DNA of 43,878 nt from Bacteroides sp. (GTDB lineage: Bacteria > Bacteroidota > Bacteroidia > Bacteroidales > Bacteroidaceae), in NCBI GenBank assembly GCA_030523205.1, contig JAUNJD010000002.1:1-43878 (forward strand). The letters run 5' to 3'. How positions within the stretch are numbered: the stretch's first letter is position 1; every line of letters starts with the position of its first letter. The translations under genes were made by a program, and so were the position numbers. A model generated the notes under the pieces. The model worked only from the letters and a program-made list of their open reading frames with translations. It made no database searches and was not told the origin of the DNA. This document shows, piece after piece, positions 1-10,210 of the stretch.

Positions 1-1
1 C

Positions 2-3000
2 GAAAGTGCCTATATTATTAATCTCGACAATCCGGTTGTAAGAAACTATCCACTGACAGTAATAAAACAGACTACCGGACTGACCACCAACATCAATGCT
101 ATTTACCGTGATACTGATGGCGACTTATGGTTCAGTCAGAATCGTAGGGGATTGGGAATCTATTCCCCACAGAATGAAACGGTGAGGCATTATAAGGAAT
201 TCCCTTCATTGGCAGGTTTGTCTGGACTCGTCAATCTCGTTTTTATTGGTTCTGTTTCGGCCGATCCTGACGGGGTATGGTTGGCTCCTGAGTATGCCCG
301 TCGCATATACGTTGTCAAGAAAAATAGGGACAGGAGTCTCTCTTTGCTAAAAGAGTATAATTTAGATGCTGTCAAAGCCGGAAATCCAGTAAGTATATAC
401 GATGATAAGCGAGGTAATATCTGGATAGCCACTACGGCAGGCTTAGTGTTAAAGCCCGCGTCGAGCGATAGCTTGCAGAACATATCCGTGGGTATCCATA
501 ATATGTCCGATATCACGGCTGATGATAAAGGAGATATTTGGATAAGCACTACTACCAATGGTGTCTATTGTTTTACTCCCCATTGTGATGCGAACGGGCA
601 ATGGTCGGCCTCCGAACTGAAACATCTCCATAAAGAAAACAGCCAATTGCCTAGCAACGATATCGAAACCATTTGTTCGGATACGGTAGAAAAGCGCATT
701 TGGATGGGATCCAAGGAAGGAGACGTCATTATATGCTATACCGACGGACTTCACATCAGGAATGCTACTAAAAATTCTAAAGGTATTATCAACGAAGGAA
801 TATTGCATTTGGTGACTGATAGCATTGGGCATATATGGGTAGGTACTAATAAGTGTATCATCGAATACAATCCTCGCAACAAAGGCAAAATGATATATAA
901 TGCAGGCAAGGATGTCATCGTCAATTCGTTTGCTAGAAATGCCTGTTGGTATGGAGGAGATGATTTTATCTTCTTTGGTGGAAACCGGGGTATTGTGCAG
1001 GTGTTCAACAATCCTAGTGTTAACGAGAATGCTGGAGTTGTACGCACCTTTGTCACAGATGTAAAAATAAACGGGGTGTCTATTCTCACAGGTTCGCTAC
1101 CCGATGAAGATTACACTTTGGATGCCGATAGGTTTACTTTGACTTTAGGGGCAGATGCCCATAACATTGAGTTTGATATTTCCGCCCGCAATTATAGCTA
1201 CCCGGATAAAGTGCTCTATGCCTATCGCATCAAGGGCATAGACGAAGATTGGGTGTACACCAATGGTGAAAGGCAGTTTGCCTACTATAATAGTCTGCCC
1301 AAAGGGAAGCATACACTCGAATTGAAGGCTACCGATGAAAACGGACTTTGGAGCGGCAGGATTGTTAGATATACGATTCTGAAGAAGCCCGCTTTCTACG
1401 AAACTTGGTGGGCTTATACCTTATATATATGTATATTTATCGGTGTACTTTACCTCGTTTACCGTTGGGTGAAGATGCGTATGGAGTTGCGGAGCGAATT
1501 GCGGATAGCCCAAATCGAAAAAGAAAAGTCAGAGGAACTGACCCAGGCCAAGTTGCGCTACTTTACCAATGTTTCGCACGATTTTCTTACACCTATTACA
1601 ATTGTTTCCTGCCTGATAGACGATGTGGAAATCACCTATCATAACCACATTCCTCAATTGGAAAGGATGCGTTCCAATCTTGGTAGGTTGAAACGGCTCA
1701 TACAGCAGGTATTGGATTTTCGTAAGATAGAGAATGGAAAGATGGAGCTGAAGATATCTTTGGGCGACTTGTCTTCTTTCTTATACGAACTTTGCAGTGC
1801 CAACTTCGAGCCTCTTATGGGGAAGAAACAGATTTTATTTGAATTCAACAATAGTGAGCTTCAATTGCCGGCTTATTTCGATGCTGATAAGCTGGAGAAG
1901 ATTGTGTTCAATCTACTTTCTAATGCTTATAAGTATACAGAGGAAGGCGGAAAAGTAACTCTTGCTCTCTCGCAGAAGCAAGAAGACGGACATACATACG
2001 CCACCATTGTTGTGAGCGATACCGGTCAAGGCATCCCTAAAGAACACTTGGCTAACATATTCGACCGATTCTTCACACTGAAGGAAAATGAGAGTATGGC
2101 AGAATCGAATGGAATAGGACTGTCTTTGGTCAAAGAATTGCTCGATTTGCATCATGCGACCATTGCCGTGCAGAGTGAAGTAGGGGTAGGTACCAAGTTT
2201 ACCATTGTATTGCCCATTGATAAGGACAGTTATGCGCCCGACGAATTGGTTTCGGCCGAACAAATGGCCGGTATGAAGCGATTGGAGCTGGAGGCAGTCA
2301 ATGTAGAGCCACAAGAAGGGAAGCTTATAGCCGAAAGCAATGAATTTACATCCCCTACCGATAATCGTTGTATGCTGATAGTAGAGGATAACGAGGAATT
2401 GCTCGACCTCATGTTCCATATCTTTTCGCGTCATCGTCAGGTGCTCATTGCGCATAACGGAATAGAGGCCTTGGCGGTGCTGGAGAAAACAGAAGTCGAT
2501 ATCATCATTAGTGATGTGATGATGCCCGAAATGGACGGGCTGGAGCTTTGTCGCCATTTGAAGGCAGACATAAAAGTCAGCCATATCCCTGTTATTCTTC
2601 TTACGGCTCGCAGCAGTGCTGACGATAGGGTAGAGTGCTATAAGGCCGGTGCCGATGGGTATATAGCCAAACCATTCGAGTTGAAAGTGCTGGAGGCTCG
2701 TGTCGAGAGCTTCCTCGTGCAGAAACGTGTGCGCCAAGAGGAGTTTCAAGCAGCCGAGAAGGCCGAACCCGAAAAACTTGAATTATCCAATATCGACCGT
2801 AACTTTATGGATAAGGTTGTTGCATATATCAACGACAACTTGGATAACAGCGAACTCGATGTCAATGAGCTTGCGGACAATCTATGTATGTCTAAATCTA
2901 CCCTTTACAGAAAAATTAAGTCTGTGACAAATCTTTCGCCTGTGGAGCTTATCCGAAATCTCCGTTTAAAACATGCCCACAAACTATTAAAAGAAGGTGG

Positions 3001-3112
3001 CTCGATTATGGATACAGCATTTGCTTGCGGTTTCTCTAATCCGAAATATTTCTCCACTTGTTTTAAAGAGCAGTTTGGTATATCACCCAAAGATTTTCAG
3101 AAGCAAGCATAA
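2..3112 (+). CDS. Hybrid two-component system sensor kinase/response regulator (beta-propeller sensor, Y_Y_Y, TM, HisKA, HATPase, REC, AraC HTH); 5'-truncated by the window
   Basis: Frame is open from nt 2. Propeller repeats (DDKRGNIWIAT, DDKGDIWIST), Y_Y_Y (YAYRIKGIDEDW), TM (WWAYTLYICIFIGVLYLVY), H-box FTNVSHDFLTP, N-box KIVFNLLSNAYKY, G-boxes DTGQGIP/GIGLS, receiver ISDVMMPEMDG, AraC C-terminus CGFSNPKYFSTCFKEQFGISP. Confidence 0.97.
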   Translation, partial: ESAYIINLDNPVVRNYPLTVIKQTTGLTTNINAIYRDTDGDLWFSQNRRGLGIYSPQNETVRHYKEFPSLAGLSGLVNLVFIGSVSADPDGVWLAPEYARRIYVVKKNRDRSLSLLKEYNLDAVKAGNPVSIYDDKRGNIWIATTAGLVLKPASSDSLQNISVGIHNMSDITADDKGDIWISTTTNGVYCFTPHCDANGQWSASELKHLHKENSQLPSNDIETICSDTVEKRIWMGSKEGDVIICYTDGLHIRNATKNSKGIINEGILHLVTDSIGHIWVGTNKCIIEYNPRNKGKMIYNAGKDVIVNSFARNACWYGGDDFIFFGGNRGIVQVFNNPSVNENAGVVRTFVTDVKINGVSILTGSLPDEDYTLDADRFTLTLGADAHNIEFDISARNYSYPDKVLYAYRIKGIDEDWVYTNGERQFAYYNSLPKGKHTLELKATDENGLWSGRIVRYTILKKPAFYETWWAYTLYICIFIGVLYLVYRWVKMRMELRSELRIAQIEKEKSEELTQAKLRYFTNVSHDFLTPITIVSCLIDDVEITYHNHIPQLERMRSNLGRLKRLIQQVLDFRKIENGKMELKISLGDLSSFLYELCSANFEPLMGKKQILFEFNNSELQLPAYFDADKLEKIVFNLLSNAYKYTEEGGKVTLALSQKQEDGHTYATIVVSDTGQGIPKEHLANIFDRFFTLKENESMAESNGIGLSLVKELLDLHHATIAVQSEVGVGTKFTIVLPIDKDSYAPDELVSAEQMAGMKRLELEAVNVEPQEGKLIAESNEFTSPTDNRCMLIVEDNEELLDLMFHIFSRHRQVLIAHNGIEALAVLEKTEVDIIISDVMMPEMDGLELCRHLKADIKVSHIPVILLTARSSADDRVECYKAGADGYIAKPFELKVLEARVESFLVQKRVRQEEFQAAEKAEPEKLELSNIDRNFMDKVVAYINDNLDNSELDVNELADNLCMSKSTLYRKIKSVTNLSPVELIRNLRLKHAHKLLKEGGSIMDTAFACGFSNPKYFSTCFKEQFGISPKDFQKQA

Positions 3113-3207
3113 ATTGGGGGAGGCCGTCCGAGAACTCATAAACTCACTTTGCTTTGCTTCCTAAATAGAACAAGGAGTAAATATTCGATACATCTTATCG
3201 AGAAAGC

Positions 3208-3272
3208 CCCAATCAGTCCCATATTGAACCCTATTCAGTATGGGACTGATTGGGTTAAGTATAGGACTGAAT
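3208..3272. repeat. 21-bp-stem inverted repeat plus a third partial copy (REP-like hairpin or possible terminator downstream of the HTCS)
   Basis: CCCAATCAGTCCCATATTGAA (3208-3228), loop CCCTA, TTCAGTATGGGACTGATTGGG (3234-3254); one G-U pair. Partial copy AAGTATAGGACTGAAT at 3257-3272. Confidence 0.75.
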
Positions 3273-3523
3273 CAATCCCTCTCCTTGCGTATTGATAATC
3301 AGTAAGTCATAAATGTTGAAAATCCGTTGTTAAATAGTAAAAAAGAATAGACAGCTTTGTGGCCAAGCTTGTCTGAAAACTAAATAAAGCTTTCAAAAAG
3401 GCATTTTATGGACGCGGATGGGGCAATTCAAAATTTGAAATTCAAAATGGATGCATTGGCTTTTAACTCCTAGTTCGGTGCATATTTCTTTTCTGTATCC
3501 CTAAATCGTTCAGTTAGTGGTGG

Positions 3524-3638
3524 TGAACGATTTCCAAACCTCAATGAATGATTCCTGAACCTAGGCTTATTTTGAACGATTAAGCGACTTGTATGAGTTA
3601 TTTCAGAACCTTTAACTTGGTATTTCCTTTCATCTTTG
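3524..3638 (+). promoter_or_regulatory. susC1 promoter: four TGAACGA-N7-ACCT-like boxes (two pairs at 21-bp period) and a Bacteroidetes -7 element; probable HTCS-binding sites
   Basis: Boxes at 3524 (TGAACGA tttccaa ACCT), 3545 (TGAATGA ttcctga ACCT), 3573 (TGAACGA ttaagcg ACTT) and 3594 (TGAGTTA tttcaga ACCT). CATCTTTG at 3631-3638 resembles TAnnTTTG. A ~21-bp direct-repeat period is typical of AraC-family sites. Confidence 0.7.
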
Positions 3639-3689
3639 CAATCGTAAACGAAGAAAAAAATCATTCATTAACCATAAATAAATCATATC

Positions 3690-6674
3690 ATGAAGAATAT
3701 GATCAATTTTCAAATCCTTTGTTTGGGTCTATCCACTACATCCGCTGCATGGAAGCTGCTTGCCTGCTGCTTCTTGTTGTTTTCTGTATCAGTAAAGGGG
3801 CAGACCAAGGAAAATGGCAGTCGGCCACGGCTGACCGACCAAGACATAATGATGCAGGAAATGAATCAAGATGGCGAACAACCCGACTTATTGAAGTGGA
3901 CTTTTCAGAACGAAGTGCGCCGCATTCATTTTCCTGTGCAGGTACTCGACACAATTGATGTGGACCAACTGAAAAAGACATCGTTCATCTCGTTGCAGCA
4001 ATGGCTCAAGGGACAGATGGCCGGTGTATATGTGCAGGAGCCGAATGGCGAACCCGGTTCGTTACAAAGTATGCTGATTAGGGGGACTTCGGTTCCCTTG
4101 TTCAGTAAGAACGATATCAATGGTGCACAGCCGGCCGTTTATATTAATGGTGTACCGGTGGCGCAAGACCGAAACTATTCGGCTGTTATCCAAAGCTCCG
4201 ACGTCAACCCATTAGGCACTGCAACCAATCTTTTTGCAGGTTTGCATCTCAACAACATTGTGAGCATGGAGGTTATCAAAGACCCCGTGAAGTTGGCTTT
4301 GCTGGGACCTACGGCTGCCAATGGAGCCATCTGGATTGTTACGAAAGAAGGCTTTTACGGAGGCAAACACGTGACATTGGATGCAGGTCTGTCGTTTGTA
4401 ACGCCTATGAATCGTGTAGATATGACCAATGCTGCCAGCGAACGTGCTTTCCGTGCCGACTTCTATCCTACGGTGAGTGCCGATGACCTTGACAATTACT
4501 TGCCTCAATGGTTGACAGACCGGAACGATGAGTATTTCTTTGGCCAGCCTACATGGGCCAACAACTATTATCAAAGTGCGGCTCAATACAACGTTAACCT
4601 TTCGATAGGTAGTGGTGGACGTACTGCTAACTATCTTTTCACAGTCGGAACCTCTACCAATGCGGGTGTGGCCGATGATACAGGTTACAATAAATACAAC
4701 TTGGGTTTCTACCTTAACTTGTTACCCTTCCGGGGAATGACAGTCAGCACCATGATTCAGGCTACTAAGGCAACGCGCAATCGTAATTCGAATATGCGCG
4801 ACCGTTATGCCGAGATAGCATACATGTCCGAACTCGTAACACCTATCGGCCCGACAGAAAAGGCTTATAGTAACTATCTGAAGTTGCTTGAGTCGGTTGA
4901 TGACGAAAATAATAATGCTGCCATTAACGGTGCTTTGCAGTTGGATTATGTATGGCATAATCTTAGGGCAAATGTAGGCGTGAAGTTTGATTATCAAACC
5001 AATGTTCGCCATGTGTTCTATCCTTCCACTCTCATGGAGTCGGTTAGTTATGCTTCCGACTATTCAGGCTACAACCGTCGTTTCATCGGTGAGGCCGGCT
5101 TAGGCTACGATTTCCAGTTGGGCTCACCTTATCACCGTTTGGCTGCCGATTGGCGTGGAACCATTCAGCAAGACCGTTATCACTATAACTATTCTCGCGG
5201 ATACGATGGAAGTGATGACAACAAGCCCACCACTAGCGGAGGCGATTATGAGATGTTGCGCTATCTTGACCAAGAGACCATACATCTGATGTCATCGGCC
5301 TTTTCACTCAATTACCAATATAAGAATCTGCTGAAGGCCAACGTCATTTTTCGTCAAGATGGCACATCGGCCGTGCAGAGCGACAGCCGATGGCTGCTGA
5401 CACCCGCAGTCGGCATAGAGCTCAATCTGAAATCCTTGTTGCTGAAAGATTCAAAACATCTGTCTGCGCTCAACCTTGCTTTGTCGTGGGCACGCATTGG
5501 CAGAGAGTTGGCTTCCGACCGCTATATGCAAGGTGCGCAATATACTACCGAGAATATAGGCTTCGGCTCTACTTCCCCTTTACTTTCCTCTTACAGCGGA
5601 TGGGCCACCCTTTCACGTCCTTATACCTACGGATGGATAGGTTATGGCATCGGTTGGCCTTATGCCGACAAGTTGGAGATGCGTTTGGACGGTGCTGCTT
5701 GGGGGGGACGTTTGGCATGGAATCTGGCTGCCTACATTAATACTGACAATGACTTGATGGTTCCTATGGCTATCATGCACGAAACTGGTTACGATTATCA
5801 ATGGTTGCAGGGCATGAAGATTGAAAACAGAGGTCTTGAACTGACATTGCAAGCCATGCCTGTTATGCAGAGTGCCGGATGGAAATGGAACATTGCCTTG
5901 AATTTGGCTTATAACCAAAACCGGTTGAAGGCTCTGCCCGGTGGAGCACAGGAAACCGAGATAGAAGGCAGATTGCTGAAGGTAGGTAAGTCGGTTGACC
6001 AGTTTTACGTACTGCTGAACAAAGGACGATATGAAACAGCCGATGAGATACCTGTTATTGATGGAAAACCGCTTAGTGTGAACGGAACGAGTTTGCAGGC
6101 CTTAGACCCCATTTGGGTAGATGCAGACGGTGACAACCGTATAACCGATGCCGATAAGGTGATGAAAGGAAATTCGCTTCCCCGTTGGACGGGTGGGTTT
6201 AGCACTACGTTGAGCTACAAACGCTGGGACCTTGCCTTACACTTGTTCTTTGCTTGGGGGCATGAAGCTATGAATCATCGGGCTTATCAGCGATACAACT
6301 TTGCTGTATTGGAAGGAACGGCTTCTCTTGATGCTGTTCACGAAATACATTTCTGGCAAAATGGCAATTTGCCTTTAGATTATCCGCGATACAACGTGTT
6401 GAGCGAGGTAAATCCCTATCGGGAAGACCAAGATTTATATATGGAAAGCTTGTCCTACGCCAAGTTGCGCACTGTAACCCTTGGCTACCGTATGCCCATA
6501 GGGAAGGGGAAAAAGCAAAAACAGCTGTACCTGTATCTGACGGGCAACAACCTGCTGACGATATCGGGCTTCAGTGGTGACGATCCCGAATTGGTGGATG
6601 TAGATGGTTACTATCGTGGATATGGGTTGAGAATGCCGTACTCTTTTACATTGGGTGCAAGATATAGCTTCTGA
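3690..6674 (+). CDS. susC: SusC/RagA-family TonB-dependent transporter 1 (atypical: no recognisable N-terminal extension or TonB box)
   Basis: Signal peptide; plug motifs LKGQMAGVYVQEPNGEPG, IRG and GPTAANGAIWIVTK; barrel motifs ENRGLEL, DADGDNRITDAD, GNSLPRWTGGF; C-terminal aromatic residue (RYSF); followed by susD. Confidence 0.93.
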   Translation: MKNMINFQILCLGLSTTSAAWKLLACCFLLFSVSVKGQTKENGSRPRLTDQDIMMQEMNQDGEQPDLLKWTFQNEVRRIHFPVQVLDTIDVDQLKKTSFISLQQWLKGQMAGVYVQEPNGEPGSLQSMLIRGTSVPLFSKNDINGAQPAVYINGVPVAQDRNYSAVIQSSDVNPLGTATNLFAGLHLNNIVSMEVIKDPVKLALLGPTAANGAIWIVTKEGFYGGKHVTLDAGLSFVTPMNRVDMTNAASERAFRADFYPTVSADDLDNYLPQWLTDRNDEYFFGQPTWANNYYQSAAQYNVNLSIGSGGRTANYLFTVGTSTNAGVADDTGYNKYNLGFYLNLLPFRGMTVSTMIQATKATRNRNSNMRDRYAEIAYMSELVTPIGPTEKAYSNYLKLLESVDDENNNAAINGALQLDYVWHNLRANVGVKFDYQTNVRHVFYPSTLMESVSYASDYSGYNRRFIGEAGLGYDFQLGSPYHRLAADWRGTIQQDRYHYNYSRGYDGSDDNKPTTSGGDYEMLRYLDQETIHLMSSAFSLNYQYKNLLKANVIFRQDGTSAVQSDSRWLLTPAVGIELNLKSLLLKDSKHLSALNLALSWARIGRELASDRYMQGAQYTTENIGFGSTSPLLSSYSGWATLSRPYTYGWIGYGIGWPYADKLEMRLDGAAWGGRLAWNLAAYINTDNDLMVPMAIMHETGYDYQWLQGMKIENRGLELTLQAMPVMQSAGWKWNIALNLAYNQNRLKALPGGAQETEIEGRLLKVGKSVDQFYVLLNKGRYETADEIPVIDGKPLSVNGTSLQALDPIWVDADGDNRITDADKVMKGNSLPRWTGGFSTTLSYKRWDLALHLFFAWGHEAMNHRAYQRYNFAVLEGTASLDAVHEIHFWQNGNLPLDYPRYNVLSEVNPYREDQDLYMESLSYAKLRTVTLGYRMPIGKGKKQKQLYLYLTGNNLLTISGFSGDDPELVDVDGYYRGYGLRMPYSFTLGARYSF

Positions 6675-6739
6675 TCTCAATACAAAAGTGGTAGCCACAC
6701 GAAACCAAATAAGAATAACTTTAAAATTAAATACATTGA

Positions 6740-8317
6740 ATGGATATGATGAACAAATGTTTGCATAGCATGAAGATTGCCTGTCTCCGGATGATGGTAA
6801 TCGTGACGCTGCTGTTCTCGGCTTCGGGATGCAACGACTTCTTTGACGTTGATTCTCGTCATGCTGCCAGCGAAGAACAGCAGTGGCAGACCATGGAGGA
6901 TACACGCGCCGCCTTAATGGGGGTGTATGGCTTGATGCGAGCCGCTTTAGCGGACAACAACACACATTGGGTGTGTGGCGAACTGCGTGGAGGTGACTTT
7001 ACTGTGGTAGAGCGTGCCGACCTGCAAGCCGTCGTAGACAATAATCTTAGTCTGAACATCGGCCTTGTAGAAGAGGTGGCCGACTGGCGACGGTTTTATG
7101 CCGTGATAAATGCTGCTGCTGTCTTTATGGAGAATGCGTCGCAGGTGGTGGAGAACGATCAGGCTTATTCTGAGTTGAATCTGCAATACGACTTGGCACA
7201 GGCACATGCACTCAGAGCTTTGGCCTATTTTTATATGGTACGCATTTGGGGGGATGTACCACTCATTACTTACTCGTACGATGACGGCAGTTTCCCCGAG
7301 GCCGGTCGTACCGACGCGCAAGATGTGCTGGCCTATGTGAAGGAGGAGCTGGTGAATGCGATGGATGATATTCCTTATCTGTTTGGCACCGATAATAATC
7401 TGTATTATCAGGAGGACGATTCAGAGTGGCAAGGAGTATTGCTCAACAAGCTATCGGTGGCGGCTATCCTGGCCCATGTATCTATGCTGATGGGTAACTA
7501 TTCGGATGCAGAGACGTACGCTACTTTCGTACTTGAGAATTATACGGAAATCGGAATTACCGAAGCTAGAAAGATAGTGCCGGTGGATGTCTTGGTGTCG
7601 TCAACAGGCTTCTTCCTAGGCTCGAATACTACTTATGCTCCCAATCGTTTGGTCGCTTTCAACTTCCTCGACGCTTCGAGTGAAACCACACAAGAAGGGC
7701 ATCTGGAACAGTGGACATTGGCTGACCCTTATGTACAGAAAACCGCTCCGGAGATATACGTGACTGCCGATACGCTGTTCAAGGCATTCGATGATACCGG
7801 CGACCAACGTTTCGGTATCGATACGACTACGGTCCAATATAACAATGTGTATGTAGACATGACATCATCACGGCCTCTTTTCAAGAAAATTTGTGTAGTT
7901 CAGGATGGGTCGGACGACACCAACGACTATGCGGTGTTTGGCTCTACACTCGTATTTACACGCATCGAAGAACTGATATTGCTTAGAGCCGAGGCTTTGG
8001 TGATGGAGAACAGGGCTGTGGAAGCCTTATTAGACCTTAATGAGATGCGCTCCGAACGCGGACTTACACAATTGTCCTATGTGAAAGACCTAGATTCGGA
8101 CAAGAATAAATTGATTGATGCCATCTTTGCCGAACGTCGGCGCGAACTTATGGGAGAGGGATGGCGTTGGTACGACCTGATACGTCGGCAAAAGCTATTG
8201 CAGGACGATTCCGACTTCTTGCAATTTATCAAAGAGGGCGGAGAATACTGGCCCATTGCACAATCAGTGCTCAAGGCCAATCCGAACATTACGCAGAATA
8301 AATATTGGAGTAATTAA
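6740..8317 (+). CDS. susD: SusD/RagB-family lipoprotein 1 (start may be 6746)
   Basis: Lipobox SASG-C followed by acidic NDFFDVD; AHALRALAYFYMVRIWGDVP; RIEELILLRAEA; ERRRELMGEGWRWYDLIR. Confidence 0.95.
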   Translation: MDMMNKCLHSMKIACLRMMVIVTLLFSASGCNDFFDVDSRHAASEEQQWQTMEDTRAALMGVYGLMRAALADNNTHWVCGELRGGDFTVVERADLQAVVDNNLSLNIGLVEEVADWRRFYAVINAAAVFMENASQVVENDQAYSELNLQYDLAQAHALRALAYFYMVRIWGDVPLITYSYDDGSFPEAGRTDAQDVLAYVKEELVNAMDDIPYLFGTDNNLYYQEDDSEWQGVLLNKLSVAAILAHVSMLMGNYSDAETYATFVLENYTEIGITEARKIVPVDVLVSSTGFFLGSNTTYAPNRLVAFNFLDASSETTQEGHLEQWTLADPYVQKTAPEIYVTADTLFKAFDDTGDQRFGIDTTTVQYNNVYVDMTSSRPLFKKICVVQDGSDDTNDYAVFGSTLVFTRIEELILLRAEALVMENRAVEALLDLNEMRSERGLTQLSYVKDLDSDKNKLIDAIFAERRRELMGEGWRWYDLIRRQKLLQDDSDFLQFIKEGGEYWPIAQSVLKANPNITQNKYWSN

Positions 8318-8336
8318 CACACAGACATCTTATCGT

Positions 8337-9137
8337 ATGAATAGTATGAAGAAAATGATGATATCTACTTTGTGCGCTGCCATCGCATGGGTTTTCATGG
8401 CTGCGGCGTGCAGCAAGTACGAGGTGGCGGAAGATACTGTTGTATCAACCGAGACCTATAATGGATCGGTGTTCGATTATCTGAAGGAGGATTTCAGCAG
8501 TGCAGGCATTACCTTTGATTCGCTTCTTTATCTGATTGGACAGAATGCTTATTTGGAGAAACTGTTGAGCTCTGATTCAGTCAATGTCACCCTGTTTGCC
8601 GTTCCTGATGCTTGTTTCGATTTAGCTTTCACTGCATTGAATGCCTACCGGCATAGTAATAACTTGGGCGATGACTTGGTTTTGGATGACTTTCTGATTG
8701 ATGCATTCACTTTGGTCGATACGGTGATTAATGATGCCGGGACTTCCTATGCAGATACGATGTACGTAAGCACTACCTATGATTATCGTGCACAACTCGA
8801 CTCATTGCTGAGCCGCTATGTGTTTGCCGAAGCAGTGACTACCGATTACATTATGGAGGAAGATGGAGCCGTTGAACTGGGAGAATATGCTTACGGACAC
8901 ACTATGCGTATGGAGGCTGATCGTGGATATGCATCTGGAGCTTCTGAACTGGGTTCGAAGTGGCTTAACCTTATTGAGATGAATGGTACTAAGTCGCAAT
9001 CGGAATGGATTACGTGTCGTACTATGACGACTGATGTAGAGACAACAAATGGAGTGGTACATATTGTGTCACCTCAACATGAGTTTGGTTTCAATGAAAT
9101 GACTATTAACTTTAAAGACTATGGAAATGAAGAATAA
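8337..9137 (+). CDS. Fasciclin-domain lipoprotein 1
   Basis: Start reassigned to ATG 8337 (or 8346), after the susD stop. Lipobox MAAA-C; FAS1 H1 motif VTLFAVPDACF and H2 motif TTNGVVHIV. Confidence 0.8.
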   Translation: MNSMKKMMISTLCAAIAWVFMAAACSKYEVAEDTVVSTETYNGSVFDYLKEDFSSAGITFDSLLYLIGQNAYLEKLLSSDSVNVTLFAVPDACFDLAFTALNAYRHSNNLGDDLVLDDFLIDAFTLVDTVINDAGTSYADTMYVSTTYDYRAQLDSLLSRYVFAEAVTTDYIMEEDGAVELGEYAYGHTMRMEADRGYASGASELGSKWLNLIEMNGTKSQSEWITCRTMTTDVETTNGVVHIVSPQHEFGFNEMTINFKDYGNEE

Positions 9138-10182
9138 ACGTATATGGTATGCAGGTATCCCAGGTTGTCTGGTGGGCATCTCCTTTGTAGGACAGGCTTG
9201 TGTGAGCGATTTCTTGCCCGATAGTTTGGATGCTTTTGACAAAGATGCCACCTTCTCAACCACAGTATTCGAACCTGTGTTGGGGCGCAACACTGTACTC
9301 TCAGAGGTGTTTAATCCGGGTAATTCCACATTGCCCCTCACGTTTACCATCACTCGCATTGAGGCTGCTGATGGCAGTGAGGCTCCTGAGTTGACCGATG
9401 TATTTCCGGTTAGAGTATGGAATACACCTTATTTGGGTACAGAGACCACTTTGGAGGAAATTGAGAAGAAGCGTTCTTACGAATATCGTACCTTGTTTGA
9501 AGTACGTGAGCATTCGGGCGATTTCGTTATGTGGGCTAATGCGTTGTCATCGTTTGTGAAGTGTGCGCCTGCCGAAGGATATGTGTTCGATGTCAAAGCA
9601 GAAAACTCCGGAGGCTATCAAGTGTATACCGACCTTCAGTTGATTCCCACTCGTGAGATGGATTATGAACCTAATACTACTGATGAGGAAACAGGTTTCA
9701 TAACAGATGATTACGTAACCCCAACTTCCGTAACCAATCTTTATGCCGAAGGCTCTTCAAGTTCGTTCAACTTGCTCGAAGAAGAGGATGTGCAGATTTA
9801 TTTTCGTCGCGATTATGATAATACCGATACGGAATACACGCTTACTTTCCGTTTCATGGAAGCTGATTATACTCCCATTAATCCTTCTAGATTCTCGAAT
9901 ACTGATTGGAATACATTGGTGCATGGTTTTGATATGGAAATGACCGATGAATATGTTCGCTATAAAGTAGCTTATCCCATACCGCTTAGCAATATGGTGA
10001 CCGATTATACAAATGAAGATGGCGATATGGCTTCGGTAAAGTTCTCGTACGACCGCCTCTTTTACAACAGTACCCGTATTACGGCATCCATCAATTTTGA
10101 ATTTGCCATTTATACCGAGGGGCATTGGGAGATTGTATTTGTGTTTGCCGGAGGTTCTCCCGACTTTAGCAATATTGAGTAA
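9121..10182 (+). CDS. Acidic lipoprotein, DUF5007-like (start may be 9127)
   Basis: Lipobox GQA-C followed by VSDFLPD. PVLGRNT and PVRVWNTPYLGTETTLEEIEKKR resemble DUF5007 proteins as recalled from tandem-SusC loci. Overlaps the upstream gene. Confidence 0.65.
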   Translation: MEMKNKRIWYAGIPGCLVGISFVGQACVSDFLPDSLDAFDKDATFSTTVFEPVLGRNTVLSEVFNPGNSTLPLTFTITRIEAADGSEAPELTDVFPVRVWNTPYLGTETTLEEIEKKRSYEYRTLFEVREHSGDFVMWANALSSFVKCAPAEGYVFDVKAENSGGYQVYTDLQLIPTREMDYEPNTTDEETGFITDDYVTPTSVTNLYAEGSSSSFNLLEEEDVQIYFRRDYDNTDTEYTLTFRFMEADYTPINPSRFSNTDWNTLVHGFDMEMTDEYVRYKVAYPIPLSNMVTDYTNEDGDMASVKFSYDRLFYNSTRITASINFEFAIYTEGHWEIVFVFAGGSPDFSNIE

Positions 10183-10210
10183 TTCTTTCTTTATTATTGA
10201 AAAATAGATT

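Noticed and set aside
1913-2749. 278-aa minus-strand ORF inside the HTCS, and similar antisense ORFs throughout the PUL
   Set aside because: Fully overlap confident genes on the opposite strand and have non-protein-like composition.
3425-3448. AATTCAAAAT direct repeat and TTCAAA palindromes
   Set aside because: Short, AT-rich and not found at other promoters; indistinguishable from chance.
3593-3958. 121-aa ORF overlapping the susC1 start (possible leader peptide or frameshifted NTE)
   Set aside because: Starts upstream of the predicted -7 element and has no NTE motifs, so it does not explain the missing extension by frameshift.
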